A stretch of 64,000 bases of DNA from Candidatus Tectimicrobiota bacterium (GTDB taxonomy: Bacteria; JACPUC01). Position 1 is the first letter of the stretch. The number at the start of each line of letters is the position of its first letter. Below the pieces are notes generated by a model. The model made no database searches. It was not told where the DNA came from and saw only the letters and a list, made by a program, of their open reading frames with translations. The stretch lies in NCBI GenBank assembly GCA_016192455.1, contig JACPUC010000030.1, positions 62,001 through 126,000 of the forward strand. Reading direction: 5' to 3'. Of this stretch, positions 20,503-30,441 are shown piece by piece. Position numbers and translations under genes: made by a program.

Positions 20503-22092
20503 CTACGCCTGCTGCTCCTGCCGCAGCATGCGCCGCAGGATCTTGCCGGTGGCGGTCTTCGGCAGCTCGCTGACGAACTCGATCTCGCGCGGCGCTTTGT
20601 AGGGCGCGATCTTCTCCTTCAGCATCGCCTTGATCTCTTCAGCCAACGCACCGGACGGCGCCACGCTTGGCTTGAGCGTGATGAAGGCTTTGATCTTCTG
20701 CCCGATGGTGGGGTCGGGCAGCCCCACCACGCCCGCCTCGAGCACGGCGGGGTGGTCCATGATCGCTTCCTCCACCTCCTTCGGGCTTACCAGGTAGGCG
20801 CGGGTGACGATGATGTCGTCCGAGCGGGAGACGTACCAGTAGTAGCCGTCTTCATCGCGATAGGCGTAATCCTTGCAGTAGTACCAGCCTGCCTTGTTGA
20901 CCGCCTGCCAGCGGTCCTCCATCTTCCGGTACCCCAGGGTGAGGCCGGGGTCATCGGCGCGGAGGCAGAGCTCCCCCACTTCGCCGGCAGGGCATTCCTC
21001 GCCCTTGTCGTTCAGCACCGCCACCGTGTGCCCGAGCATCGGCTTCCCCATGGCGCCGGGTTTCACCTTCAGACCGGGATAGTTGCTGAGGAAGATGTGC
21101 AGCTCCGTCTGGCCGATGCCGTCCATGGTCTCGAAGCCGAAGCGCCGCTTCACCTCCTCGTAGGTGTCCTGCGGCAACGGCTCGCCGGCTGAATTGCCGA
21201 GGCGCACGCTGCTCAGATCGTAGCGCTTCTCGGCGTCCGCAATGGCCAGCAGCATGCGGTAGATCGTCGGCACCGCCGAGAAGATGGTCACCCGGTAGCG
21301 TTGGATGTACGCCAGCGTCCGCTCCGGCTCGAAGCGCCCCGCGTACATGACAATGCAGGCGCCGGAATAGAGGGGGTAGAAAAAGTTGTTGCCGAATGGG
21401 TACATGAAGCTGATCTCTTGCGGCTGGAAACAGATGTCGCTCGGCCGCAGGTCCATGGCGAAGTGACAGATGGGGTCTCCCGAGCCGATCAGCCAGCGGT
21501 GGGCATGCTGGACCCCCTTGGGGTCCCCCGTGGTGCCGGAGGTGTAAAGGCTGAAAGCCAGGTCGTCCTTGCTCGTCCGCGCCGCCTCCAGGCGCTCGCT
21601 GCCCGCCTCGAGGAGGTCGCTGAAGGAGAGCTGCCCCGCCTTTGGGGCGCCGAGGATGATGGTGTGGCGCAGGCTGGGACAGGCGCGCCGCACTTCGTCG
21701 ATGGGGCCCACCAGCTCCGGGGTGGAGATCACCGCGATGGACTCGCTGTTGGTGATGATGTGGCGCAGCTCCTTGGAGCGGAAGAGCGTGTTGGTGGGGA
21801 TGGGGACGGCGCCGATCTTCATGCCGCCGAGCACGGCCACGTAGTATTCCAGGCAGTTGGCGGCGCGGATGATGAAGTGATCCCCTTTCTTGAAGCCGAG
21901 GTCCTTGAGGGCGTTCCCCCAGCGGTTGAGGAGACGCTGCAGCTCGGCATAGGTGATCGTGCGCTCGCCGTCGAGAATGGCGGGCGCCCCGCCCTTGCCC
22001 GCCTCCACATGGCGGTCAACCGCCAGGGTGGCCATATTAAGGAACGGGGGAACGACCATATAGTTCGGGGGAAGTGTGCGTGGCTCGGACAT
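20503..22092 (-). CDS. Acyl/aryl-CoA ligase (benzoate-CoA ligase-like ANL enzyme)
   Basis: YTSGTTGDPKG, SAGEPL, DGIGQTE, LPKTATGKI. Confidence 0.9.
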   Translation of the reverse strand: MSEPRTLPPNYMVVPPFLNMATLAVDRHVEAGKGGAPAILDGERTITYAELQRLLNRWGNALKDLGFKKGDHFIIRAANCLEYYVAVLGGMKIGAVPIPTNTLFRSKELRHIITNSESIAVISTPELVGPIDEVRRACPSLRHTIILGAPKAGQLSFSDLLEAGSERLEAARTSKDDLAFSLYTSGTTGDPKGVQHAHRWLIGSGDPICHFAMDLRPSDICFQPQEISFMYPFGNNFFYPLYSGACIVMYAGRFEPERTLAYIQRYRVTIFSAVPTIYRMLLAIADAEKRYDLSSVRLGNSAGEPLPQDTYEEVKRRFGFETMDGIGQTELHIFLSNYPGLKVKPGAMGKPMLGHTVAVLNDKGEECPAGEVGELCLRADDPGLTLGYRKMEDRWQAVNKAGWYYCKDYAYRDEDGYYWYVSRSDDIIVTRAYLVSPKEVEEAIMDHPAVLEAGVVGLPDPTIGQKIKAFITLKPSVAPSGALAEEIKAMLKEKIAPYKAPREIEFVSELPKTATGKILRRMLRQEQQA

Positions 22093-22419
22093 GGTCTTCA
22101 ATCTCCCAATGGCGGGGCGCCCACGGGCGTAGGCGCCGATCAACGGCGTTGCACCTGTCGAACTATCACAAATCATGGCGTCCCTGGTCAAGGGGCTTGT
22201 TGCCGCCCCGCCGCTGTAAGGTTTCAGCGTGAAGAAAACCACCATGCTTGCGAACGGCGGCGAAGTACCTATAATGAGAGTACCTAGGTGCCGACAGAAG
22301 GCGGCGCGCTAAAGATTGTCCCTTCTGGCGGGTGCTTTGCCAGGTGAGGGTGCCGCATTCCTGAACGTACCCTGCCCTCCGGAGGGTGGTATGACAGCGG
22401 AGTGGTCGGGAGAGCCATC

Positions 22420-23166
22420 ATGAGCTGGTTGCTCGTATTCATCCTTATGGGCATCGTCTTCCTCTACCTGCAGCAACGCCGCGCCGGCCACACGCTGCGG
22501 GCTTCGGAGCGCAGCGGGGAGTCGACCGCGACGCTCAATCCAGGGGTGGTGACCGGCATCGGTTCCAAGCGGGCCCCCGCCAGACAAGCGCAGGAGGAGG
22601 TGGCGGCGGAGGAGCACGTTGAGCTGGTGCGGATTAGCTGGGAATGGCCCACCTGCGAGCGCTGCAACCAGTTTCAGGGAAAGGTCTACGCCGCCAAGGG
22701 ACGGAGCCGCATTTACCAGTCCCTCGAAGAGCTGCCCGGCGGCGGGCCCCCCTTTCATCCTGAATGTCGCCACACGCTGAAACCGTTCTCGGAAAGCGAG
22801 GTGACGAAGGAGGAGCTGGAGCGCCTGCGCGCGGGGGCTCCGTTGCGCGAGCTGACGCGTGATGACCAGGGGCAGTATCGGCGCGAGAAGATCGAGCGCA
22901 TCCGCAAGGTGGAGTACGAGCAGCTCAGGATCGCGGAGGCCGAGAATAACACCTCCAAGGTGCTCCGCTCCCTGCTGCGGCTTGTTTCACGAGGCGCGGC
23001 GACCGCCGGGGACCTGAAGAAACTTGGCGATACGTACGAGCGCCTGGGCAAAATCTACACGGCACTGGAGGCCTGGAAACGAGCCCGCAGGCTCGATCGC
23101 ACGCTGCCCGGGGTGGAGATCAAGCTCAAGAAGTACGAGCAGTTGGAGGAGAAGGCACCCTCCTAA
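22420..23166 (+). CDS. Membrane-anchored protein with phage minor-capsid (MuF-like) CxxC...HPxCRH motif and C-terminal TPR-like helices
   Basis: N-terminal TM; CERCNQFQGKVY...GPPFHPECRH; LGDTYERLGK..ALEAWKRA. Confidence 0.7.
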   Translation: MSWLLVFILMGIVFLYLQQRRAGHTLRASERSGESTATLNPGVVTGIGSKRAPARQAQEEVAAEEHVELVRISWEWPTCERCNQFQGKVYAAKGRSRIYQSLEELPGGGPPFHPECRHTLKPFSESEVTKEELERLRAGAPLRELTRDDQGQYRREKIERIRKVEYEQLRIAEAENNTSKVLRSLLRLVSRGAATAGDLKKLGDTYERLGKIYTALEAWKRARRLDRTLPGVEIKLKKYEQLEEKAPS

Positions 23167-23638
23167 GTGTCATAGTCTCACCAGTTCGCTGACCCAGGTG
23201 CGGCGTTGCACGCTGTATCGAGCGTGGGCGTGTGGGGGACCCTACGGCCCCTCACCTGCCTGCCGTCCCAGCGAAGCAGCGTGGCGCCCCCATTCCCCGC
23301 GAGATGCGCGGCAGCTCGCGTAAGTGGGGTGCGCGAGGGGAGAGGGTTCCCTCGCTGCATGAAGTGATGGAACTGAGGGGAGACAACACGAGCAGAGGGT
23401 TGTCGGTCAGCTCCCTTGGCGAGCAGCGGGTGGTCTCTCAGGGCGGGCGAGGAGTTGAAGGGGCGGGGTTCCCGCCCCTTTGTCGTTCGTGCGCTGGCGG
23501 CAGGACGCTCCCCACGCTCTTGCTTCCCCGCGCCGCGCGGCAGCTCGCGCGCAAGAGGTTTGCGCAGGGGTGCGACGGCCTCGCGGCAAACCCTTTTTCG
23601 GCGGCCAGCCGAGAGGAACCAACGTCCAGACCGCCACC

Positions 23639-24649
23639 TTAGCCCCTCTTCGCCAGCGTCAGCGGCAGGGCGCTCATGGTGCTGCTGTGACCGGGGAACG
23701 CCTTCGCCTCGGGGTCGATGTAGTTCTTGGCGAAATTCACCGCCACGGCGGCTTCCCCGAAGCCGGTGACAATGAGCTTCAGTTTTCCTGCGTGGTCCGA
23801 GACATCGCCGGCGGCGTAGACAGCCGGCAGGTTCGTCTCCATGCGCGCGTTCACGACGATGGAGTTCTTGCGAAACCTGATCCCCCAGTTCTTTAACGGC
23901 CCCATGTCGGAGACAAACCCCAGGTTCAGCAGCACGTGATCGACGCCAAGGGTCTCCTCCTCGTTCGTCTGGTTATTGAAGATCACCGCCTCCGTCACCC
24001 ACTCCTGCCCATGCAGGGCGCGCAGCTCGTAAAAGGTCTTCACGTCGACCGACGACGCGAAGAGCTGGTTGACGCTGTGCTCGTGGGCGCGAAACCGATC
24101 GCGCCGATGGATGAGGGTGATCGCCTTGGCGATGGGTTCGAGGTTGAGCGCCCAGTCCAACGCCGTATCGCCGCCACCCACGATGAGGAGGCGTTTGCCG
24201 CGCAGCTCCTCCTTCGAGGTCACGATGTAAGAGAGCCCCCGTCCTTCGTACGCATCGATGCGGGGATCACCGATCTTGCGGGGCGAGAAGGCGCCCAGAC
24301 CCGTGCAGATGATGAGGGAACGCGTGAAATGCTCCTGAACATTGCTCTGCAGGCGGATGATCTTGTTGTCCAGGTAGGAGAACTCGGTGAGGAACTCGTT
24401 CAGGCAGAAGGTGGGGTTGAACGCCTGCGCCTGCTCCAGGAGGCGTTGCACGAGGTCCTTCGACATGATTTTCGAGAAGCCGGCGACATCATAGATGTAC
24501 TTCTCCGGGTAGAGCGCCGCGAGCTGCCCACCGGGTTCCGCCAGGCTGTCGATCAGCTTCACGCTGCAGCCGCGAAGGCCGGTGTAGAAGGCGCCGAACA
24601 AGCCCACCGGTCCCGCCCCCAGGATGGTCACATCGTAGACGGTATCCAT
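23639..24649 (-). CDS. Ferredoxin--NADP+ reductase (TrxR-type, YumC-like)
   Basis: GAGPVGL, GGQLAALYPEKYIYDVAGF, GGGDTALDW, FPGHSS; no CxxC. Confidence 0.9.
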   Translation of the reverse strand: MDTVYDVTILGAGPVGLFGAFYTGLRGCSVKLIDSLAEPGGQLAALYPEKYIYDVAGFSKIMSKDLVQRLLEQAQAFNPTFCLNEFLTEFSYLDNKIIRLQSNVQEHFTRSLIICTGLGAFSPRKIGDPRIDAYEGRGLSYIVTSKEELRGKRLLIVGGGDTALDWALNLEPIAKAITLIHRRDRFRAHEHSVNQLFASSVDVKTFYELRALHGQEWVTEAVIFNNQTNEEETLGVDHVLLNLGFVSDMGPLKNWGIRFRKNSIVVNARMETNLPAVYAAGDVSDHAGKLKLIVTGFGEAAVAVNFAKNYIDPEAKAFPGHSSTMSALPLTLAKRG

Positions 24650-24799
24650 GCAGTCTCCCGCTGCGTCTGATCAGCAACCCACCTTAGGCTCTGCTGCGGC
24701 GCCTGCCTCTCCGCGGCTTTCACGTCAAGAGCTCGTCCATTTGCCGATAACGGCCCCCGGCCACGTCCGGGTGGGGGGTAACGACGTCTCGCCACGGTT

Positions 24800-25795
24800 T
24801 CATTGTTGTTCGTCCCGACTTGCGTTGATGATGCCGTTCAAGCGGGCAACCGCCCGCTCACGAACCTCGTCCCACGTGTTTCCCTCCAGGCGGACGGGAA
24901 CGACGCAACTTTCACTGTAGTCCACGACGCCTCGCACGCGGGAACGGAGCCAGCGAACCGCTTCCCGCTCATCGGCGGTCAACCAGAGCGGTCCCACCCG
25001 CTCCGACGCCCACGGACCGACCCATACTCCGAACCACACTTGGACGGAACTTGAGACCGGCTTGAGATAAAAGCCGTAGTACCATCCCTTGTCGTCGCCG
25101 GAGCTGATGCGGCCCACCTCGACGCCATCCGACTCCATCTTGGCGCGAACGTTGCCGACGATTCGGCAGAGGTCCCGGAGCGCCGCCCCCAAACCGTCAA
25201 CGGCCAGACGGTCCGGTTTCGACTCGAACCGCGGGTCTATCTCGTCGGTTACCACGACGACCTCCTCCATGTGCATTTTCGTTCTTGGGTCATCTTCTTC
25301 TCCGGCGGCTTTTCTGACCCAATCGCCAACATCGCGCCATGAAAAGCAGACCAGCCGGACTCCATTGGCCTTTCCAACGCCATCGCTCCATGATGTCGCG
25401 GGGAAGTCCTTTCTGAGCCGCTGGACTGCCTCCTCACGGAGAACGACCAAGCGGGTTGACGGAGCCACAAGTCCGAAGACGGCATCGCCGCCCTCGACAA
25501 GGAGGTCGCGTATGTACCGGCTGGGTTGTTCTTGGCCCCACCAAGCCCAGATCTTGGATTCGAGGATGAACGTTCGCCCAGGCGCTTTCCACATGACATC
25601 GGCCCGTCCACCGCCCGCGCCTCGTTGAGTCTCAATCTCGAAGTCATCATCCACGCCACCATTGCCCCAAATGCGTTTGGCCACGAGTCGCCGAAACGGC
25701 GCGCTGTTCCGCAGCATGTAGGCCAGCGCCTCCGTGAGGATGTCCTCGGGAGTCGATCGGCTCATCATCTGCGGCAACAGGTATTCGTCACTCAC
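24800..25795 (-). CDS. PD-(D/E)XK nuclease family protein
   Basis: EDILTEALAY, ETQ, GRADV...ILESKI, QPSRY, SWRDV motifs; composition differs from flanks. Confidence 0.75.
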   Translation of the reverse strand: MSDEYLLPQMMSRSTPEDILTEALAYMLRNSAPFRRLVAKRIWGNGGVDDDFEIETQRGAGGGRADVMWKAPGRTFILESKIWAWWGQEQPSRYIRDLLVEGGDAVFGLVAPSTRLVVLREEAVQRLRKDFPATSWSDGVGKANGVRLVCFSWRDVGDWVRKAAGEEDDPRTKMHMEEVVVVTDEIDPRFESKPDRLAVDGLGAALRDLCRIVGNVRAKMESDGVEVGRISSGDDKGWYYGFYLKPVSSSVQVWFGVWVGPWASERVGPLWLTADEREAVRWLRSRVRGVVDYSESCVVPVRLEGNTWDEVRERAVARLNGIINASRDEQQ

Positions 25796-25813
25796 GGTCG
25801 CTCACCGTGTGGT

Positions 25814-26242
25814 TCACGTGAAGAGGTCCTGTTGTTTTCTGCCCGTGCCCACCCGCGCCGCTTTGGCCTGAATCGCGGGCCACGACACGACCAGGGAGTT
25901 GTAGGCCAGGGTCTCTTCGGACCACGCCTTGCGCTCGCATATCGAGAACAGTCGGTAGGCCAGCGCGCGAGCGTCCTCCGCCTTCCCGCCGCCCAGCCGG
26001 GCGCAAAGCCGCGCGGCCCCGTCTTCGCCCTCCGCAGCGAGCTTCTGGATGAGATGCTGGGTGCACTCCCACACTGTGAGCCGCGTGTCCTCGACCGGGC
26101 CCCAGTCCTTCTCGTACTCAGACCGCTTGAGGAGACGCACCTTGCCCGCCCGTGCCACGAGAACGCCAGCGTTCACGAGGCCCTGCACCGACGTGTTCTT
26201 GGCGCGGGCGAGAACGTCCGCCTCGCCGAACTGACCTTCCAC
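25814..26242 (-). pseudogene. C-terminal fragment of DUF1156-type DNA methylase
   Basis: FGEADVLARAKNTSV.GL..AG, GKVRLL, TVWE..QHLI, ARALAYRLFSICERK.W, YNSLVVSWP; in-frame stop just upstream and no methylase core. Confidence 0.72.
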
Positions 26243-26406
26243 CGTCTCTCTTCAATACGAGTGAGCAGGCAGCCGGGACCCCAGGCGCGCTGATTTCTGG
26301 GCGGCGGCGTTGGCACCTGTCATGGCGCCTAAGGTCGGTCTGTGAGGGAGCGCCGGCCCGCGGCCCGCAAACAGCCGCCTTCCATGACACGGAAGGCCGC
26401 GCCTTG

Positions 26407-27351
26407 TCAAGGCTGGGAGCTTGATGAGGCGGCGCCGGGCTCGTGCCCGTGCCCCTGGGGAGGGGCATGGTGGCCGCGCCATTTCCGGCGTAGGGGCGCC
26501 GCCAGGGCTTCGGCCAGCGCTGCCTCGCTCCACCCCTCGCGCAGCCCGTTGCACAGCACCGGCAGGCAGAGCCGCACCTCGTCGTTGGGGCCCGGCAGGG
26601 CGATCAGCAGGGAGCGGCCCAAGCGGCCGACGGCGAGACGCACGCCATCCTTCGCATGCCGGCCCGTTCCCACCTCGTAGCGCACGATGTACGGCGTGGC
26701 GGCCTGCAGATCGAGGTCGAGCACGGCCTCGACGGTGTGATCCTTGTCCTCCGCGCCGATCCCGCCGGTGGTGATGAGCACCCCGAAGCCGGCGACGGCG
26801 CCCTCGTAGAGAGCCCGGCTGATCGCGCCACGACTGTCGGGGAGGATCGGCCCGCGCCGCACCTGGTAGCCTTCCTCCTCCAAGGCCGCAGCCAGGGTGG
26901 GGGAGTTCGTATCAGCGATGAGGCCCGCCTGGACTTCGGCGCCGGTGGAGAAGATCATCACTCGTCGATCCACGCGCGCCTTGATCTCCTCCGCCATCTC
27001 CCGAGAGCGTGCCAGCACGTCGCGGCCGAGGGCTGCGTCCAGCGCCACGAACCCCAGGATGCCTTCGGAGCGGAGGTCCGTTTCCGGCAGCAGGGTCACA
27101 CCCGCAACGGCGGCCAGCGCCGCCAGAATCTCGTCGCGCTTGCCGAGCAGGTTCTCCGGGCGAAGCGTGGGCCGCAGCACGTCGAGGGTGAGGGTGTCGT
27201 CGCGCACATCCGTAACGAGGACCTCCTCCGCCCGCAGGGCGAGGACCTCCGCTACCCGCGCCGCCACCGCCGTGAGGTTGGCGCCCCGCAGACGGATCGG
27301 GCGAATCCACAGCTCCGTCTTCTCCAGCAGGTTGAAGTCGTCGTCGGCCAT
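26407..27351 (-). CDS. Molybdopterin-binding (MoCF_biosynth/CinA-N-like) domain protein
   Basis: FSTGAEV..G.I.DTN, ITTGGIGAEDKDHTVEA, IALPGP. Confidence 0.8.
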   Translation of the reverse strand: MADDDFNLLEKTELWIRPIRLRGANLTAVAARVAEVLALRAEEVLVTDVRDDTLTLDVLRPTLRPENLLGKRDEILAALAAVAGVTLLPETDLRSEGILGFVALDAALGRDVLARSREMAEEIKARVDRRVMIFSTGAEVQAGLIADTNSPTLAAALEEEGYQVRRGPILPDSRGAISRALYEGAVAGFGVLITTGGIGAEDKDHTVEAVLDLDLQAATPYIVRYEVGTGRHAKDGVRLAVGRLGRSLLIALPGPNDEVRLCLPVLCNGLREGWSEAALAEALAAPLRRKWRGHHAPPQGHGHEPGAASSSSQP

Positions 27352-27364
27352 GGGGTCCAGCTCC

Positions 27365-28174
27365 TCAGCGCTCCACCTCGACGACGTCGAAGCGCAGCGG
27401 CAGGCACGGCGCGTCGAGCACCGCGTAGCCGATGTCCAGGAGGTCCACATCCTCGCGGCTGAGGCGTTCGATGTCGCCGAGCGCGATCGAGCCGGCGAAG
27501 GCGAGCCGCAGGCTGTCGCGACAGCCGGCCCGGCGCAGGACCGCCGCGGCCTGCCGCAGGTCGCGCAGGCGCCCCGTATCGATCATGATGATGGAGGCGC
27601 CGCCACGGGCCGCGGCGAGCGTCTCCTCGGCGGGCGCGCCGTGCTCGCCGCGGACCTGCACGACGATGGGGCGCCCCAGGGGACGCGCCTGCTCGAGCGC
27701 CGCCGCAATGCCGCCGAAGATGCGCACGTAGTTCTTGTCGAGATAGGTGAAGGGCGGCTCGCAGATGCGCGGCTTGGCCCCGCCGTCCTGCACGGCCTGG
27801 CGCAGGGGTTCCTTGAAGGCGGGGGGAAGCTTCTTCCAGCCGCCGCAGACGATCTCCACCCGCCCGTCCGCGGCGGCCACCGCCTGCGCCACCGCCGTCG
27901 CCACGCCCGACGGCTTCGAGAGCAGCCCAATGACGTGGTTCTCGGCTTCCACGATGGCCGCGGGGGCGCCCCGGAAGCGGGCCACCGGCGTGCCGGCCGC
28001 GCAGCGGCCGCCGTCAGGCAGGAGCGCTTCACAGCTCAGCCCCTCCTCGGCGCAGCGGGCCGCCAGCAGCACCATGCCGCTCAGCACGCCGGCCGCCTCC
28101 GCAATGAGCTGGGCGTGCGCGCGACGCGCCGAGCAGCTTCGGAAGAGGCGCTCCTGGAACTCATCCGGCTTCAT
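27365..28174 (-). CDS. Divergent quinolinate phosphoribosyltransferase-like (NadC/ModD-like) protein
   Basis: GVLSG, AENHVIGLLSKPSGVAT, LDKNYV, IIMIDT, AFAGSI, VDLLDIG. Confidence 0.75.
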   Translation of the reverse strand: MKPDEFQERLFRSCSARRAHAQLIAEAAGVLSGMVLLAARCAEEGLSCEALLPDGGRCAAGTPVARFRGAPAAIVEAENHVIGLLSKPSGVATAVAQAVAAADGRVEIVCGGWKKLPPAFKEPLRQAVQDGGAKPRICEPPFTYLDKNYVRIFGGIAAALEQARPLGRPIVVQVRGEHGAPAEETLAAARGGASIIMIDTGRLRDLRQAAAVLRRAGCRDSLRLAFAGSIALGDIERLSREDVDLLDIGYAVLDAPCLPLRFDVVEVER

Positions 28175-28426
28175 GCGCTGGCCCAGCAGCGGTACCGTGG
28201 CAGGCGCGCCGCTCGTGGGCGCCGCGGCCTGGAAGCTGCGCGGCTCCGCGGGCGGCGGACCAGGGCGAACCTCGGTCTCGATGAATGACGCCTGGCCCAC
28301 TCTGGGGTTGCGGGAACGGAGGCGTGATCGGCCTGAGGAACGGCGAGGAGCCAGCCTCCCGCAGCCGCCCCATGCTGCCCCTGGCGCGCGGTGAGGAGGA
28401 TGGCAAGAGGGAGTTTAGTAAACGCG

Positions 28427-29326
28427 TCAGAAGGTGTCAATCGGTGAGCTTGGCTGCGAGGGGTGCGAGGGCGGGAGCAGCCTCGCTTCAGGAAGCCGGG
28501 TCGGCAGCATCATCGTCTGGTGGGCGAGGCGGAGAAGGTCCTCCGATCCCATCTCCGAGGCGCCGGCGACGAGCGCGTAAGCCAGCCCCGCCTTCTTCCA
28601 GCAGACGGCGCGGTAGCCTTTCATGGCGCCGATGTGGAAGGTTTCGCCCCGATAGCGCTGGGTTCCCTCGCGAGGGAAGATCAGGTCATCGCCGTTCGCC
28701 GCGTAGAGGGAGACGAGCGAACCGTTGCGCGTGTAACAGACCTGCGCCGCCACCCTGTCCCCCGTGTAGCCCAGCCGTGCGCCGAGGAGGGTGAGGCGCT
28801 CATGCTCCAGGCTGGGCACCGTCGCCGCGGCATCGAGGTTGCGCTCCAACCAGCTTCTCGCCAAGCCGGCGTCGGCGGTCTTGACGCCGAGGGGGAGTCG
28901 CAACATGCCCTGGCGGATGTGATCGTTGATCGCCGCGGTCATGAAGAGGGCGGGGGCAGCTCCCCCGCCGGATTGCAGGGCCGACCGCCCGGCGTACGCG
29001 CCGACGCCAAGCAGGGCAAGGAGGAGCGAGGCGGCCAGCGCGAGAACCGGCTGGCGCGGCAACCATCCCAGGAGGCGCGTCGCGCGCGGCTGGGCTGACG
29101 CCTCCCGGGCCAGGCGTTGCCGGATGTGCCGGCTAAGGCGCGCCGGGGGCGCCGCTTGCAAAAGTGGACACCCGAGCAAAGTCTGGAAGTTGCGCTGCGC
29201 CAGGCTCTCGGCGCGGCACGGCGGGCATTCCAGCAGATGGTCTTCAACGGCCAGGGTGTCGCGCACGCGCAGTTCGCTGTCGGTGTGCGCCTGCATGAGG
29301 TTGCGTGCGCTCCTGCAATTCATCAT
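28427..29326 (-). CDS. Zinc-finger (zf-HC2) transmembrane anti-sigma factor
   Basis: MNC...DSEL...HLLECPPCR, TM helix, LLGARL..VCY; directly after ECF sigma. Confidence 0.88.
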   Translation of the reverse strand: MMNCRSARNLMQAHTDSELRVRDTLAVEDHLLECPPCRAESLAQRNFQTLLGCPLLQAAPPARLSRHIRQRLAREASAQPRATRLLGWLPRQPVLALAASLLLALLGVGAYAGRSALQSGGGAAPALFMTAAINDHIRQGMLRLPLGVKTADAGLARSWLERNLDAAATVPSLEHERLTLLGARLGYTGDRVAAQVCYTRNGSLVSLYAANGDDLIFPREGTQRYRGETFHIGAMKGYRAVCWKKAGLAYALVAGASEMGSEDLLRLAHQTMMLPTRLPEARLLPPSHPSQPSSPIDTF

Positions 29327-29333
29327 CTGCCGC

Positions 29334-30005
29334 CTATGGCTCCTGCCTCTCCTGCTTGCGACGGAACTGGCTGAGGTCAACGGCGTCCGCCTTGCGCTGC
29401 ACGCTCTCCGGCCGCACGTAGCCGCGCTGCAGGGCGAATTCCCACAGCATGTTCTGCAGCAGCTTCCGCCCGCGGTAGAGACGCGACATCACCGTCCCCA
29501 TGGGGCAGCCGACAATGTCGGCGATCTCGCGGTAGGAGAACCCCTCCATGTCCGAGAGGACGACCACGCTGCGGAACTCGCTGGGAAGCTGCTCGATCGC
29601 CCGCCGCACCTCATCGTGCACGGAATTCGCCAGGGCGATATCCTCCGGGTTGCCGAGCATCTTCTGCGAGAAGTCGGCGCGCTGCTGCGGGTCGATGGTA
29701 TTCTCCACCGTGGCGAAATCGACCTGCCCCGGTTCGCGCGACTGTTTAAAGTAGTGATCCTTGTAAACGTTGATGAGGATTTTGAACATCCAGGCCTTGC
29801 AGTTCGTCCCCGGCTGAAACTGGTGGAAGAAGCGGAACGCCTTCAGGTAGGTCTCCTGCACGAGGTCCTCGGCATCCTGCTTGTCGCGCGTCATGCGCAG
29901 GGCGGTGTTGTAGAGAGTCGGCATGAACTCCAGGGTGAGCGCCTCGAACGCCTGCCGGTCTGCGCGTGGCGCCTCTGGGTTCTGTTTCTTCGTCGCGGCC
30001 GTCAT
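29334..30005 (-). CDS. ECF sigma-70 factor
   Basis: DAEDLVQETYLKAF, KAWMFKI, EGFSYREIADIVGCPMGTVMSRLYRGR. Confidence 0.95.
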   Translation of the reverse strand: MTAATKKQNPEAPRADRQAFEALTLEFMPTLYNTALRMTRDKQDAEDLVQETYLKAFRFFHQFQPGTNCKAWMFKILINVYKDHYFKQSREPGQVDFATVENTIDPQQRADFSQKMLGNPEDIALANSVHDEVRRAIEQLPSEFRSVVVLSDMEGFSYREIADIVGCPMGTVMSRLYRGRKLLQNMLWEFALQRGYVRPESVQRKADAVDLSQFRRKQERQEP

Positions 30006-30441
30006 GCCTCGGGTTCCTCGCGCCTCTGCTTTCCGCCAGCCTCGCCCAGTGTCATCTGGAACGGCAGCAGGCGGTCTTCTATTCCGCCGCCTCCAGGGGC
30101 ATCGCCGCTCTCGCCGCGGCGCGTCGGCATCGTGGCGCTATCATACCACGCCGGCGGGTCCGTCGGCAGGCAATTCTCCCCCCGGCGACCGGCCGCGGCC
30201 CGCCAGCGATCACCTCGGGCCTCGGGCGCCCATCGCCCACGCATCTTTTGCCGGCGCTTCCTTCCGCGGGATGTTGCCAAGGCTTGCCGGAGGGATGACT
30301 CCTCCCGCATGGTTTGCGCCAGCGGGGAAATTGTATACACTTCTGCCCTGTGGAACGCTGGCGGGCGCAGTCGCCGGGCGTGTCGCTGCGCCGCCGTGCC
30401 CAAGTCTCTCTTCTCCCCTTCCTCGATGAGGCGTGCCGCGC

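Noticed and set aside
22420-23166. Prophage
   Set aside because: No portal, terminase, capsid or integrase genes nearby
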